DNA of 64,000 nt, taken from IMG/VR virus record IMGVR_UViG_3300029286_000009, positions 195,733-259,732 of that record, one strand, 5' to 3'. A model generated the notes under the pieces. It was not told the DNA's origin, ran no database searches, and worked only from the letters and a program-made list of their open reading frames with translations. Positions 1 through 9,621 of the stretch are shown here, piece by piece (positions within the stretch are counted from its first letter, which is position 1; each line of letters starts with the position of its first letter). A program made the position numbers and the translations under genes.

Positions 1-406
1 TTTTGTTCGTTTGTATTCCTCGGTTGATTCTAACACTTTAACCAGGTTTTTATTAAAGCATTCTTGTGTTTCCCCTAAACCATGCCTGTTTAAAGTATTT
101 ATTACCCAATTCATGGCATGAACAAGTGGTCTAAGATCATCTCGGAAGAATCCATCTTCATGTTTAGTGTAACCTTCGTTTTGTTCTTTTACAAAATCAT
201 ATCTACGATCGTGTATCTGATCAACACATTCTTGTATAGTGTCGAGCCAATCCAATGTCGCTCTTATATTTTCAACCCAATAATCCGGATTTACCCACCC
301 GGATTCAATATCCTCTAAAAGGCATTCCATTCTCGACTGCTGCAAGCTTATACTTTCTACATACTGCCCGTCTTCTATTTTTTTATCTCCCATAGACAAC
401 AACCCT

Positions 407-847
407 TTATTTTTGTATTTGTCGTTCGCATTTGTGGCATTTCCAATATTTTATTGACATAAAATGGTCCCCCAAAAAACCGCCATAACCTGGAACAAAA
501 TATTTTTTAATTGTATGCATCGAAGTCCCACAATGGTAACATCTAATATGTGGGTTAGCTAGTCTATATTCCTTCCATGCCGCACGAGCTTCTGATTCGG
601 TATTGTAACGACGTCCGCCGATTCCCGACTTAAAGACCCGATATATTGCCCATATGCTATCTTTATGATACCATATTAAAGAGTGTAAACCATCACCATT
701 ATAGAAAGCATGGATTATTTTAAAATAACCCCGTTTGATAGCTTGAGCGTGTCTTATATAGTGGTGGTTTGGTCCTAACCACTCTACTCCCTGGAATTTA
801 CTTTTACTAAAGGGTCTTGTCATTTTTTTTTCTCCTAGTCGTGCCAT
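407..847 (-). CDS. hypothetical phage protein with C-terminal CxxC...CxxC
   Basis: ORF in the leftward operon; CYHC and CHKC motifs. Confidence 0.6.
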   Translation of the reverse strand: MARLGEKKMTRPFSKSKFQGVEWLGPNHHYIRHAQAIKRGYFKIIHAFYNGDGLHSLIWYHKDSIWAIYRVFKSGIGGRRYNTESEARAAWKEYRLANPHIRCYHCGTSMHTIKKYFVPGYGGFLGDHFMSIKYWKCHKCERQIQK

Positions 848-1083
848 CCCGAATTAGCACGATTGATGCCGGGGCCGGGTGTATATGGTCTAGTCTTATC
901 CTTTTTGTTGGTTATACACTTAGCAAGTTCGGGGTCTACTTCAATGCCTATACCGCGAATTAGTTGTGTTGTACCGCATGCGACACACTGGTGTTGCTGC
1001 CACCACCCAGTGCTATCTCCAACATCAGCAATATATTCAAAAACTTTTTGCCCACATTCACAAACCAAATCAGCCATTGTCAC
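835..1083 (-). CDS. hypothetical Zn-ribbon protein
   Basis: CECG...CVAC; overlaps neighbours. Confidence 0.55.
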   Translation of the reverse strand: MTMADLVCECGQKVFEYIADVGDSTGWWQQHQCVACGTTQLIRGIGIEVDPELAKCITNKKDKTRPYTPGPGINRANSGWHD

Positions 1084-1251
1084 CTCGCAGTCCTTTAGTG
1101 GCGTGTTCCATGAAGTCCCCGCACTCTTTGTGCAGAATCACAAATTGTCCTCTATAAAAAGAGACCCAACAATCTTCATCTTCTGCTACTAGTTCATTGC
1201 ATTTTTCACAGGCACGCTCTAATATGTCTTTTCTTACCAGATCACGTGTTA

Positions 1252-1530
1252 TCAAAGGTCTTCTCCTAATGCAAAATAGTCCTCTGGTTTCCCCGCTCGT
1301 TCCCAACACCGGTAGAATATATCGGATACTATAGGGACAGGAGTTTTATCATAAGCAATTAAAGCCACGTGCTTTCCTTTGTCTTGTGCCCTTTTTATAA
1401 TTGTGCTTAGAAGGATGTAACCTGCACTATCATCCTCATCATTGGATAAGTCTATATCCAACTGGTCTAAAAAGTCTGCTAGAATATAGTATGCATAGTC
1501 ATCTATACTACGTTCAGTCCAATGCGACAA
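1252..1530 (-). CDS. hypothetical phage protein
   Basis: RBS (AGGAG) and operon context. Confidence 0.55.
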   Translation of the reverse strand: MSHWTERSIDDYAYYILADFLDQLDIDLSNDEDDSAGYILLSTIIKRAQDKGKHVALIAYDKTPVPIVSDIFYRCWERAGKPEDYFALGEDL

Positions 1531-1706
1531 TGTCTTCTCCTATTTCTTAATAAAAAACAAGATAGCGAGAGGTCCTAATGATATACATGCAATAAAAGCA
1601 TCTACTGCATCAGGACCTATACTGCCCCATTTTTGGTATTCGCGATAACTTATCTGCCCGAAGGCGAACAATCCGCACAATATCCAAGTTAGAACGATAT
1701 AATACA

Positions 1707-2006
1707 TCACGACTTGGGTTCTTCCTCTTTCTTCCTATACACATAACGTGCCAACCAACTGTGTCGGGGTGTGTTCTCCAAAAAGAATGCCATTATACCC
1801 AATACTAGAAGTAGAGAAAATATTCCAAAAAATAGACAGAATACAGCATAAATTAATCCTGAAAGGATATTTCCTACACGTAATCCATTATTTCCGTCGT
1901 ACATGTTGCGCAGATGTGATAGAAAAAAGATTAAACCTGCTATTCCACCGCAAGTAAACCAAATGGCTCTAAAGTCCATTATTTTAACTCCTCTATAATT
2001 TCCCAT
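1707..2006 (-). CDS. hypothetical membrane protein (2 TM)
   Basis: Two hydrophobic stretches. Confidence 0.55.
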   Translation of the reverse strand: MGNYRGVKIMDFRAIWFTCGGIAGLIFFLSHLRNMYDGNNGLRVGNILSGLIYAVFCLFFGIFSLLLVLGIMAFFLENTPRHSWLARYVYRKKEEEPKS

Positions 2007-2260
2007 TGTTCTGTGGTGCCCCGCCCCACGATTTTATCTAGGTAAGTGCGGGCTTCCTCCAGGGTGGTCCAATATGTTACTTTATGTCGCTTAATGTCCA
2101 CATGATACACTAAATAGAATTTAGCATTTTTTTCCACTACCAAAGGGATTGTAAATTCATACAGGTAACAATACTCGGATGCACGGTTGCAATAAAGAGA
2201 TGTAATACCCCTGTAAACGTAACGGTCGCATACGATTTTTAATTCAGGTATTAATTGCAA
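1979..2260 (-). CDS. hypothetical phage protein
   Basis: Operon context. Confidence 0.5.
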   Translation of the reverse strand: MQLIPELKIVCDRYVYRGITSLYCNRASEYCYLYEFTIPLVVEKNAKFYLVYHVDIKRHKVTYWTTLEEARTYLDKIVGRGTTEQWEIIEELK

Positions 2261-2265
2261 CTTAT

Positions 2266-2532
2266 TTATCTTGTAAAGACTATTTGAAATTTTTGACTAA
2301 CAGGAATCACTGAAGCAGAACACGCGGGGTTTTGACATTTGAATCCGGCATTGTGTCCGTCGATTGTTAATCTAAAAAGACTTTTACCACACCATGGGCA
2401 GGTTAACAAGATTTTAGATTTTTCGGCTGCGGCTTCTGTGGGTGTGTCATCTAAAATAAGCCACTCATTTGCTATATCTGCTCCATTTATACTTATAAAA
2501 AACTCCTCTACCGTCTTTGGTTCTTTAGTCAT
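2266..2532 (-). CDS. hypothetical Zn-finger protein
   Basis: CPWC...CQNPAC. Confidence 0.55.
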   Translation of the reverse strand: MTKEPKTVEEFFISINGADIANEWLILDDTPTEAAAEKSKILLTCPWCGKSLFRLTIDGHNAGFKCQNPACSASVIPVSQKFQIVFTR

Positions 2533-2759
2533 GTTAATTCCTTTATTTGATATTTTTCTGATTCTCGAGCCCTAACTTCTTGACGTGTGGGTATTTTCCA
2601 TTCTTTTATACGTTGCGAAAGCCAATGGCATCTGTATTTTTTACAAAAGAAGCACCAGTCACATTCTCCATAACAAGGTTTCCCCCACAGGTGCACTCGC
2701 CACTGGTGTTTCTGCTTAGCTTTGCGCGACATTACTCTACGTTCTGCTCTACTACGCAT
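2529..2759 (-). CDS. small basic hypothetical protein
   Basis: AGGAG RBS; coupled to the next ORF. Confidence 0.55.
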   Translation of the reverse strand: MRSRAERRVMSRKAKQKHQWRVHLWGKPCYGECDWCFFCKKYRCHWLSQRIKEWKIPTRQEVRARESEKYQIKELT

Positions 2760-2823
2760 TGGTGCTCCTGGGGGTGTTGGAGTGATCGGTAATCACTGAG
2801 GACAGGATACCTTTTCGAATAGT

Positions 2824-3069
2824 CTAGAAAAAGAGACTATCCGGATTAAACTTTAATAACTCAACTAACTTAGCCGTTTTTACTTTTAGTTGCTCCACGC
2901 ATGCTGTCTCTAAACCATGGTCTAAGAAGTAACTAGCTCGGTGCAATGCACTTCCCCGTAAGTTCTTGTAAACTGATTCATAATTAAAAGGGTATTCCTT
3001 CATACACCACAGCTGTAGAACTTCAAGATATTTGTTTATTCCAATCCTGCTGCAATCTTCGTTCGTCAT
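2824..3069 (-). CDS. hypothetical phage protein
   Basis: RBS and operon context. Confidence 0.5.
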   Translation of the reverse strand: MTNEDCSRIGINKYLEVLQLWCMKEYPFNYESVYKNLRGSALHRASYFLDHGLETACVEQLKVKTAKLVELLKFNPDSLFF

Positions 3070-3168
3070 TTACCTAGTCTCCTGAGTTTACCCCACCAAC
3101 GCTGCAACCTCTCCATTATACTTCCTATTACAACTACCGCTAATAGCCACCATGGTATTAAACGTGAT

Positions 3169-3360
3169 CTAGTCTTTTTCCTCATCTATCTGACCCCCAC
3201 CAGTTTCTTCTATGCCTTCTGGTATTACACCAAATGCTTTTTGCCTAAAAGCGATTTGATGACCACACTGATCACAGCCCCACCTTCCTGGAATTTCAAT
3301 GTCACCAGTCATAAAGTTCTTCAACTTCTTCATTTCGCCGCCACAAACTTTGCACTCCAT
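3169..3360 (-). CDS. small Zn-ribbon protein
   Basis: CKVC...CDQC; GGAGG RBS. Confidence 0.55.
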   Translation of the reverse strand: MECKVCGGEMKKLKNFMTGDIEIPGRWGCDQCGHQIAFRQKAFGVIPEGIEETGGGQIDEEKD

Positions 3361-3369
3361 GCTATCCTC

Positions 3370-3696
3370 CTACTTATATCTGGGAATTTTGGAAAGGGCT
3401 TCTTTTGCTGCTGCCAACTCTTTGTTAGTGCTTTCTACTCTCAATCGCTTATCATAATTCTTAATAGCCTTACATAATTCTGTTAAATCACCGCCCCAAT
3501 TACACCCCCAGTAATAATACAAAGCTGATATGAGTTGTATAGAGTTAAATAACCAGCCCATCTTTACGTCAACACTGAAGGAGATCGCTTCGGTTGTATG
3601 CCATGCATTCCTGTAACAGTCCTTAGTCCATGGGATACTGCCCTCTTTAGTCAACTTTGTGAGTTCTCTGACTATATCAACCACTTCCTGGTTCAT
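3370..3696 (-). CDS. hypothetical protein, paralog-like of 3677..4036
   Basis: Both carry an L-x-x-LT-x-x-x-x-I-x-W motif near the N-terminus. Confidence 0.55.
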   Translation of the reverse strand: MNQEVVDIVRELTKLTKEGSIPWTKDCYRNAWHTTEAISFSVDVKMGWLFNSIQLISALYYYWGCNWGGDLTELCKAIKNYDKRLRVESTNKELAAAKEALSKIPRYK

Positions 3697-4036
3697 TCTC
3701 TTTGTCCTTACATCGCATTTCCATGAGTTTTTGCTTTTTTACCTTCTTGTCTTCACATCTTTTCTCACTTAACCTTTTTTCTTGGCGAACTACATTTTTA
3801 TCAACGCTTTTCCAGAGAGTGGCTAGTAAATCTGCTCCCCAAAATAGTTCTTTATACTTTTCGTCATAACACCAAAGTATATAAGATACAATACCGAATT
3901 CTAAACACACCTTAGTTTGTTCTATTCGTAGTGAGTAACCATTTTTATCCCAGTGTTTTTTCCACAAAATCGCATCACATTCGGTTAACTCAATAAGCTT
4001 ATTTATGAACCTTTCGTCAATTAATGTATTTGTCAT
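3677..4036 (-). CDS. hypothetical protein
   Basis: Operon context; resembles the adjacent ORF. Confidence 0.55.
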   Translation of the reverse strand: MTNTLIDERFINKLIELTECDAILWKKHWDKNGYSLRIEQTKVCLEFGIVSYILWCYDEKYKELFWGADLLATLWKSVDKNVVRQEKRLSEKRCEDKKVKKQKLMEMRCKDKENEPGSG

Positions 4037-4213
4037 TTTTTGCCCGCCTTAATTACTACCCACAGCTCACCACTCACTTCATCATATAGCAGGTTCTCAT
4101 TAGTAAGAGCCATTTTTCTTAGGGTTTCCGCAGAGAAAACTCTCCCATCTTTGTCTACGTCGCCTGCCTTGAATAACACACCTGTATATGTGGCGTTATC
4201 TTCCATATTACTC

Positions 4214-4465
4214 CTATTTCAACTCCTCAGGTAGGGTTAGTATATCTGCAGGAATCCCTATGGGTGTTATTATACACCAAGAGTTATTACAGTACTTACA
4301 GTATATACGCGTTTTCTCAGTATCATCTACAAAATAAGGTTTTAGTTCCCGATGTCCCCAGCTGTCTTGTTTCCAGGTTTGTATCAGACTCCTGAGTATA
4401 GTAAGGTCTATTGAGCCGCAATTCGCACACTGGAACAGGGGAAGTCCGTATTTAGATGTACCCAT
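4214..4465 (-). CDS. hypothetical Zn-ribbon protein
   Basis: CANC...CKYC. Confidence 0.5.
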   Translation of the reverse strand: MGTSKYGLPLFQCANCGSIDLTILRSLIQTWKQDSWGHRELKPYFVDDTEKTRIYCKYCNNSWCIITPIGIPADILTLPEELK

Positions 4466-4694
4466 ATTTTTCTATTAACTCCCCACTAGATTTCTTCATT
4501 TGCATCGGATAAAGAACTCCGTCTTTTACTAAGTCTACTTCGGCGTAAAAATATCTGTGCTGGATATCATACTCCAAGTGTTTAACCACAACTAGATAAC
4601 CTTGTGCCTCTGCTTCGCTTATTTGCTCTTCGAATATCCTTCTAGCCTTTCTCTGAATAGCATCTTGATTATTTTTAAACTGTGTATCTTTCAC
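4452..4694 (-). CDS. hypothetical protein
   Basis: Operon context. Confidence 0.5.
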   Translation of the reverse strand: MKDTQFKNNQDAIQRKARRIFEEQISEAEAQGYLVVVKHLEYDIQHRYFYAEVDLVKDGVLYPMQMKKSSGELIEKYGYI

Positions 4695-4695
4695 T

Positions 4696-5163
4696 TTACA
4701 CCCGCATCGCTCTAGACATTAGTAACATTTTAAATTCGGTAGCTTTAAACTTCTCGTTACTCCAGCCTTTTTTCCTATTACTCATATATTCTCGCACATA
4801 GCTAGGAAGTAGGAAAGGATTTATCTTAACCGTTGGTAAAACATGTGTAACTACTCCTGTGTCATAATCAACAGCCTTGTCAAAATCTCTACTAATAACT
4901 ACTTCCGGCACGGGTTGAACACCTGTTCTTAAATAGTAGGGTAGTGTACCAGGCACAAATGATTCTATTGCCCGGAACAATTCAATAATAGCCCACCCAG
5001 TATTGTCGTGTTTAACTAGTATCTCCATCGGTTTAATATACCAGTCTTCTACCTGTTCGTAATAAATGTCCAGTAGTTCTTGGTAGGTTAGATTTTTAAT
5101 ATCTTCTAGTGATAACTCTTTAGTCGCTGTTACCTTTACTTTTGTCATCTTCTCGTTCCTCAT
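4696..5163 (-). CDS. hypothetical protein
   Basis: 155-aa ORF coupled by an ATGA overlap. Confidence 0.55.
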   Translation of the reverse strand: MRNEKMTKVKVTATKELSLEDIKNLTYQELLDIYYEQVEDWYIKPMEILVKHDNTGWAIIELFRAIESFVPGTLPYYLRTGVQPVPEVVISRDFDKAVDYDTGVVTHVLPTVKINPFLLPSYVREYMSNRKKGWSNEKFKATEFKMLLMSRAMRV

Positions 5164-5453
5164 GCTCTAGGGAAATCTCCTGTGGTGTATGGAGGATCTC
5201 CTAGATAATGCCACCCGTCCGGAAACCCCGGATAAGGGTTTGGGTTGGGGCATGGTGGCGGGCAAGGTGGTGGACAAGGATATAAATACATTGGAGATGT
5301 AATATAGGTCTTATTAACTTTGTCCAACCAAGTTAGGCTAGTTATTAAATCTGTCAGTTCTTTGGCTTGTTCATATTCTCCTTCATAAATATGTTTTTGA
5401 ACCTTGTCCCATAGTAACGTAATCTGGTTTTCAATGTCTACAGTATAAAACAT
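5160..5453 (-). CDS. hypothetical protein with Pro/Cys-rich tail
   Basis: PCPPPCPPPCPNPNP; GGGGGA RBS. Confidence 0.55.
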   Translation of the reverse strand: MFYTVDIENQITLLWDKVQKHIYEGEYEQAKELTDLITSLTWLDKVNKTYITSPMYLYPCPPPCPPPCPNPNPYPGFPDGWHYLGDPPYTTGDFPRA

Positions 5454-5517
5454 GTTTTTATCCCCCTAACTCTTATTACCAGTTTGGTTGTCTTGAAGTG
5501 CTGCTTTAAGAGTTACT

Positions 5518-6802
5518 GTCAAATACCGCCAGCTAAAGCAGGCGGCTTGTAAGTCGTACTTACGATAGGCTGTTTGACATCAGCCCGACTTCCAGCGGAC
5601 ATGCCCTTGGAAGCAAGGTAGTTTAGGCGAATATTTTTACTAGCGTTGAGGTCTGCATTGTGTTGAAAACCACAAGACTTACATACAAACCAAGACTGGC
5701 TCTGCCGGTTCCTTCTCGCTATGTATCCGCAACGGGAACACTTCTGGCTTGTGTATCGAGGATCAACATATTCAATCGCAATGCTCCTCATCCTGCCTTT
5801 GTAATCCAAGAAAGAACGAAGTCTCTCAAAAGACCAAGAGTGGATTCTTCGCCGTTGTTTTCTTTTCGCCTTTACTCTGCCTCGAATATCAACAAGATCC
5901 TCAAGGACAACGACAGAACCGGGGACAACTGTATCAACTATTCGCCTGGAAATTACGTGGTCACAATCCTTTCGGAAGCGGTTTTCCTTCTGCGAAAGCT
6001 TTTTAAGGTGTCTTTTCGCAGAATCAGTGCCTTTCGATTGGAGAGAGCGTTTGATTCTAAAGTATTTCTTGGTGGTTTCTTTCCATTGTCGTTCACCAAT
6101 AAAGTCGGCATTACTGGTGACTGCGGGACGGTTAACTCCGAGGTCAATTCCTACGGTGATGTTCGTGGGCTCAACAACTGCATCGTCTGTAGAGACAACA
6201 ACGTGCAAAAAGACTCTTCCGTCTCGCTTGAAGCAGAGGTCAGAGGAGCAGACTTTCCAGGAAAGATATCTGCGGTAGTAGTCACAGACTATCAACGTAA
6301 TGGGGATTCTTCCCTCGACAGAAGAAAGAAAAGCGGTTCCCTTATCAAGTCTAATCGTGGCGGATCTAGCATCATATCTAACTGTGAGGGCTTTCCCTGT
6401 AGGGCAAGAAGCCTTTTTACCTTTTTTCAACTTTGCTTTAGCAGATTTCAGAGCTTCTGTTGCTTTCATTCTAGCGGAACACACGAGTTGACTCGGAAGG
6501 GACGTGGTTTCTCTTTCAAAACGATAGGTAGCATGGTGCAAATCAACTCCGTTGACCCTTGGGGCTTCCCATCCTGTTTGACAGACCCTAGCAAAAGACT
6601 GCGAAAATTGTTCTGCGGTCTCTTTGAGAGCTTGCAATTTGTCACTTTTAACAGGAAGTTTGAGAGTTACGGTTTGCACGTTTGCTCCTTCATATACAAG
6701 GTAAAGCATCCGCAACTAAAAGTCAAGGCACAAATACTAAGAAAGGAGGAGCCGGCTTCCTCTGCCGCCTAAAGACGGCAGTCTCCGCCGGGACAAATCT
6801 TT
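5518..6802 (-). mobile_element. IS200/IS605-family non-autonomous element (IS1341-type, tnpB only)
   Basis: Subterminal hairpins at about 5526-5546 and 6763-6780. On the minus strand the element follows TTCAT and ends TTGAC. Excision restores a 60-aa ORF. Confidence 0.85.
5519..6715 (-). CDS. tnpB: TnpB RNA-guided endonuclease
   Basis: RuvC motifs GIDLG, VLEDL and NADLNAS; Zn finger TSQKCSRC...CKSC. Confidence 0.93.
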   Translation of the reverse strand: MRMLYLVYEGANVQTVTLKLPVKSDKLQALKETAEQFSQSFARVCQTGWEAPRVNGVDLHHATYRFERETTSLPSQLVCSARMKATEALKSAKAKLKKGKKASCPTGKALTVRYDARSATIRLDKGTAFLSSVEGRIPITLIVCDYYRRYLSWKVCSSDLCFKRDGRVFLHVVVSTDDAVVEPTNITVGIDLGVNRPAVTSNADFIGERQWKETTKKYFRIKRSLQSKGTDSAKRHLKKLSQKENRFRKDCDHVISRRIVDTVVPGSVVVLEDLVDIRGRVKAKRKQRRRIHSWSFERLRSFLDYKGRMRSIAIEYVDPRYTSQKCSRCGYIARRNRQSQSWFVCKSCGFQHNADLNASKNIRLNYLASKGMSAGSRADVKQPIVSTTYKPPALAGGI

Positions 6803-6937
6803 ATGAACTCCCAACAATCGCTTGCAAGGTCAGCATCATAATAGCGATGCTTACTGGGTATTCTGATAACGAAACCGTCTACCATTTGTTTAATTACTTT
6901 TAATTTTAGTTGAGAACTTTCTTCGGCATCCATGCTA

Positions 6938-7210
6938 TTACTCCTGTTGTAAGTCTACCCAACCTGAGGTGGTCTTTTCATAAATATGCGTCCAATAGTG
7001 GGCAACGTTTAGTGCATATGTTATTGCATCCTCAAGTGTTTCAAAATACACGGAAAAGTCACCTTCTCCATCTGGGTAGCTATAACTCATAGCATAGATG
7101 TTCTTTATTTGTTCTATGTCTATATAATCCCCTTTCCCACACCTCGATTGTTTATACCTGCACAGTGTTTTGAGCAAGACAGGTTCTATTTTATTAAGCT
7201 CTTTAGGCAT
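6938..7210 (-). CDS. hypothetical protein
   Basis: Operon context. Confidence 0.5.
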   Translation of the reverse strand: MPKELNKIEPVLLKTLCRYKQSRCGKGDYIDIEQIKNIYAMSYSYPDGEGDFSVYFETLEDAITYALNVAHYWTHIYEKTTSGWVDLQQE

Positions 7211-7553
7211 CAGGAACCCCTTTTAATGCTTCCGGATCAGAATATATCTCTACATGACCGCAGGCAATACAGAATCGTACATTGAAATTTATCGGTTCTT
7301 GTCTATCCTCCTGATTAATATACAAAGACATGAAATTCCAGTCGACATTGTTTGTAACAACCAATTCATATAGTGGTGAGTATACAAGCCTGCACATCGG
7401 GCAGTGCTTAGTTGTTCGCTTTTTACATACCTTAGGTGGCTTCCATAACCCTAAAGTAGGCGACCCCTCAACTGTAACATAATTTGTAGATTCTATTTTC
7501 GTTTCTTCCATATTATCTCTTATCATACTCATTATATTCCATGCAAGCAACAC
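7203..7553 (-). CDS. hypothetical Zn-binding protein
   Basis: CPMC...CIACGHVE; true start is probably downstream (MEETK). Confidence 0.5.
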   Translation of the reverse strand: MLLAWNIMSMIRDNMEETKIESTNYVTVEGSPTLGLWKPPKVCKKRTTKHCPMCRLVYSPLYELVVTNNVDWNFMSLYINQEDRQEPINFNVRFCIACGHVEIYSDPEALKGVPDA

Positions 7554-7770
7554 CCAATGCAGTTGCTTTTTTGATATTGCTCATCACTTCTTCATAATTC
7601 CAATCCTTGCCTACCAAACCATCTTGGGCTCTCCGTAGATAAACCTGCATATAGGAAATCCAAGAACCCAGTTCATGGTATTGGTCATGCTCGACCCCGC
7701 CCCAAATATTGTCTTGGTGGTCTCTTTCTGCATCAATTTGCATATATACTTGTGTTCTTGATAGTGCCAT
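7513..7770 (-). CDS. small helical phage protein, possibly MazG-like NTP pyrophosphatase fold
   Basis: IDAERDHQD..WG...WISYM...KKATALGVACME pattern seen in phage proteins; function uncertain. Confidence 0.4.
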   Translation of the reverse strand: MALSRTQVYMQIDAERDHQDNIWGGVEHDQYHELGSWISYMQVYLRRAQDGLVGKDWNYEEVMSNIKKATALGVACMEYNEYDKR

Positions 7771-7781
7771 GGTTACCTCAT

Positions 7782-8128
7782 CAAATATTCCTCACGGATA
7801 CCCCGCACTTTAGTGCTGGGGAGGAAGTGAGACCCTGGAAACTAACAAAGTGCTAGCCCTTTCCAGTAGCCTGAGATTTCTAGCGTGGATTGACTTGTGG
7901 AGGCTTTGTCCACTACCATCCCTTATATCAAAATTTCCTGTTGATCTTCTGCCAAAAAATAAATGCTTTCTTGCCTTCCCAAGCGACTTTGTCAAATCGC
8001 CTGAATCCTAATATCTCTCTAGGGGCAGTATTACGAATATGGCTTCTGGCACCCTTGTATAACTTTCTATTACACTTTCTAACTTGCTTGATTGTAAGTG
8101 GTGTAGTTCGCTCTTGGTTTTCTCCACC
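7782..8128 (-). pseudogene. iscB: 3' remnant of an IscB element (C-terminal coding fragment plus element end)
   Basis: Translates to ...TIKQVRKCNRKLYKGARSHIRNTAPREILG...FGRRSTGNFDIRDG...LPPQH, nearly identical to the IscB at 29495-30703. Carries a +1 frameshift in the A6 run at 7954-7959 and the same terminal hairpin and GGTATCCGTGAGGAATATT end. Confidence 0.9.
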
Positions 8129-8302
8129 ATGCTTCTACTATTATTATTTCTGGGTGCTGTTTATGTTTGTCTCTACAATCTCTACAGAAAAATGTATCTT
8201 CTGGGGGTTCTATGTCCAGGTTACTCCCATACGGAGTGCCCGAGTCTGCGATCTTACAGTAGCGTCCGCATATACTGCATCTGGTTGAATATCTAAACAT
8301 AC

Positions 8303-8737
8303 CTAGCATCCCTTTAAGTCCGGGCATAAACGTGATAGCTCAGTTCTTATTTCTTCCCTTTTTCTCAATTTATCTTCCACATTCATATTTGGTGTAGCTA
8401 TCCAGAAAGATATTTGTCTGTCCTCTCTTTTGATGGAGTAGGCATCGGAAAGACTTTTTGCAAATCCCTCTACCAGATTGAGCAACGACGATGCCTCTTC
8501 ATTGTTTGAAACAACTGTAGAACATTTCAAAGGTTCTACTACCGGAATCTCGTTAACTTCCCAAATGATTTCGCCATTTTGCTTATAGCTAACAGTTATG
8601 TTGTTTTCTCTTAAATAATCTCTTATAGTATCCGATGCTTCCCAATCCTTCCCTGCTCTAGCTAACTTTATTAGCCTAATCCATGCTTCCACACTTTTTC
8701 TATTTATTAGTTTTTGTTGCATGTTACCAACTTTCAT
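8303..8737 (-). CDS. protein with CysS C-terminal (anticodon-binding)-like domain
   Basis: ARAGKDWEASDTIRDYLRENNITV...GEIIW matches the CysRS C-terminal motif AR..KDW..AD.IRD.L...GI. Confidence 0.6.
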   Translation of the reverse strand: MKVGNMQQKLINRKSVEAWIRLIKLARAGKDWEASDTIRDYLRENNITVSYKQNGEIIWEVNEIPVVEPLKCSTVVSNNEEASSLLNLVEGFAKSLSDAYSIKREDRQISFWIATPNMNVEDKLRKREEIRTELSRLCPDLKGC

Positions 8738-9119
8738 AGTCTGTTATATTTATCTCTTCCCCGCACCCGCACTTCACAGTAATGGCACTACCCAGAGACG
8801 TGGGGAAAAAAGAGAATATTAGACCCCCGCCGATGGCTCCAGTATAACCTGTAAAGCGGCATCCTGTTTTCTTGTGCTCTTCATACCACTTCTCATAGGT
8901 TTCATACTCTTTGTCTGACATTACAAAAGTCTTATCTGTATATTTTCCACCCATACACTCCTCCTTAATTTGTTGCAACTCGTTGTGTTTTCTACTAATA
9001 ACTTTTGCTAATTTTTTGACCATCTGTTTCAGGGCAAATATACGTTCTCGTTGCCTACTAAGCTCGTGTGCTTGTGCCTTGCATCGCAGGTCTAACATAA
9101 TGAAAGCAGTTTGTGTCAC
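8724..9119 (-). CDS. hypothetical phage protein
   Basis: GAIGG..FSFFPTSLG..ITVKC..GEEINITDY motif common in large phages. Confidence 0.55.
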   Translation of the reverse strand: MTQTAFIMLDLRCKAQAHELSRQRERIFALKQMVKKLAKVISRKHNELQQIKEECMGGKYTDKTFVMSDKEYETYEKWYEEHKKTGCRFTGYTGAIGGGLIFSFFPTSLGSAITVKCGCGEEINITDYESW

Positions 9120-9430
9120 TTCTTTTCTTCAATACCAAAAAACTTTAAAGCGAGTCTGACAGCGTCATTGCTGTCACCATCCGGCTGTTTATCCTTGTTA
9201 TATAGCCACATTGTTTTCCCTTCTTTGTCTATCAGTTTTTTGTGTCCGAGTAGGTATTTGAGTAGACTTTCTGCACAACTAGGACATAGGTCTTTTGTTT
9301 CATAATCAAAATAAATCTCTACTGTATGCCCACCTGATTCTCGGGTAATTCCATTAGGTATACTTAATCTAATGGGTGTAGAAATTTCTTTACCACATTT
9401 ATCGCAGTCTATTACTTTTCGTTCTGCCAT
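9116..9430 (-). CDS. hypothetical Zn-binding protein
   Basis: CDKCGKEI...DLCPSC. Confidence 0.55.
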   Translation of the reverse strand: MAERKVIDCDKCGKEISTPIRLSIPNGITRESGGHTVEIYFDYETKDLCPSCAESLLKYLLGHKKLIDKEGKTMWLYNKDKQPDGDSNDAVRLALKFFGIEEKK

Positions 9431-9621
9431 TCGTTTCTCCCAGGGCGGTCACTAATTTTAATAGATATTTCTGGTTCTATCTTAACATTTCCATCCCACA
9501 CCCTTTCTGCCCCCAAGATTGGGTAGTCATCCAAGGTTCCATCCTCTTCTTCTCGGGTAATCATGACAACCCACTCAGGGTCAAACTTTTTGAGTAATTT
9601 TTGTAATTCTTTGTTAATCAT
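9412..9621 (-). CDS. hypothetical protein
   Basis: Operon context. Confidence 0.5.
   Translation of the reverse strand: MINKELQKLLKKFDPEWVVMITREEEDGTLDDYPILGAERVWDGNVKIEPEISIKISDRPGRNEWQNEK

Larger units (their letters stand above)
5466..6933 (-). pseudogene. 60-aa hypothetical ORF interrupted by the tnpB element
   Basis: Joining 6933-6803 to 5517-5466 reads in frame: MDAEESSQLKLK...DCWEFIVTLKAALQDNQTGNKS*. Confidence 0.7.

Noticed and set aside
5660-6772. 370-aa plus-strand ORF
   Set aside because: Antisense shadow of tnpB; no motifs or RBS.
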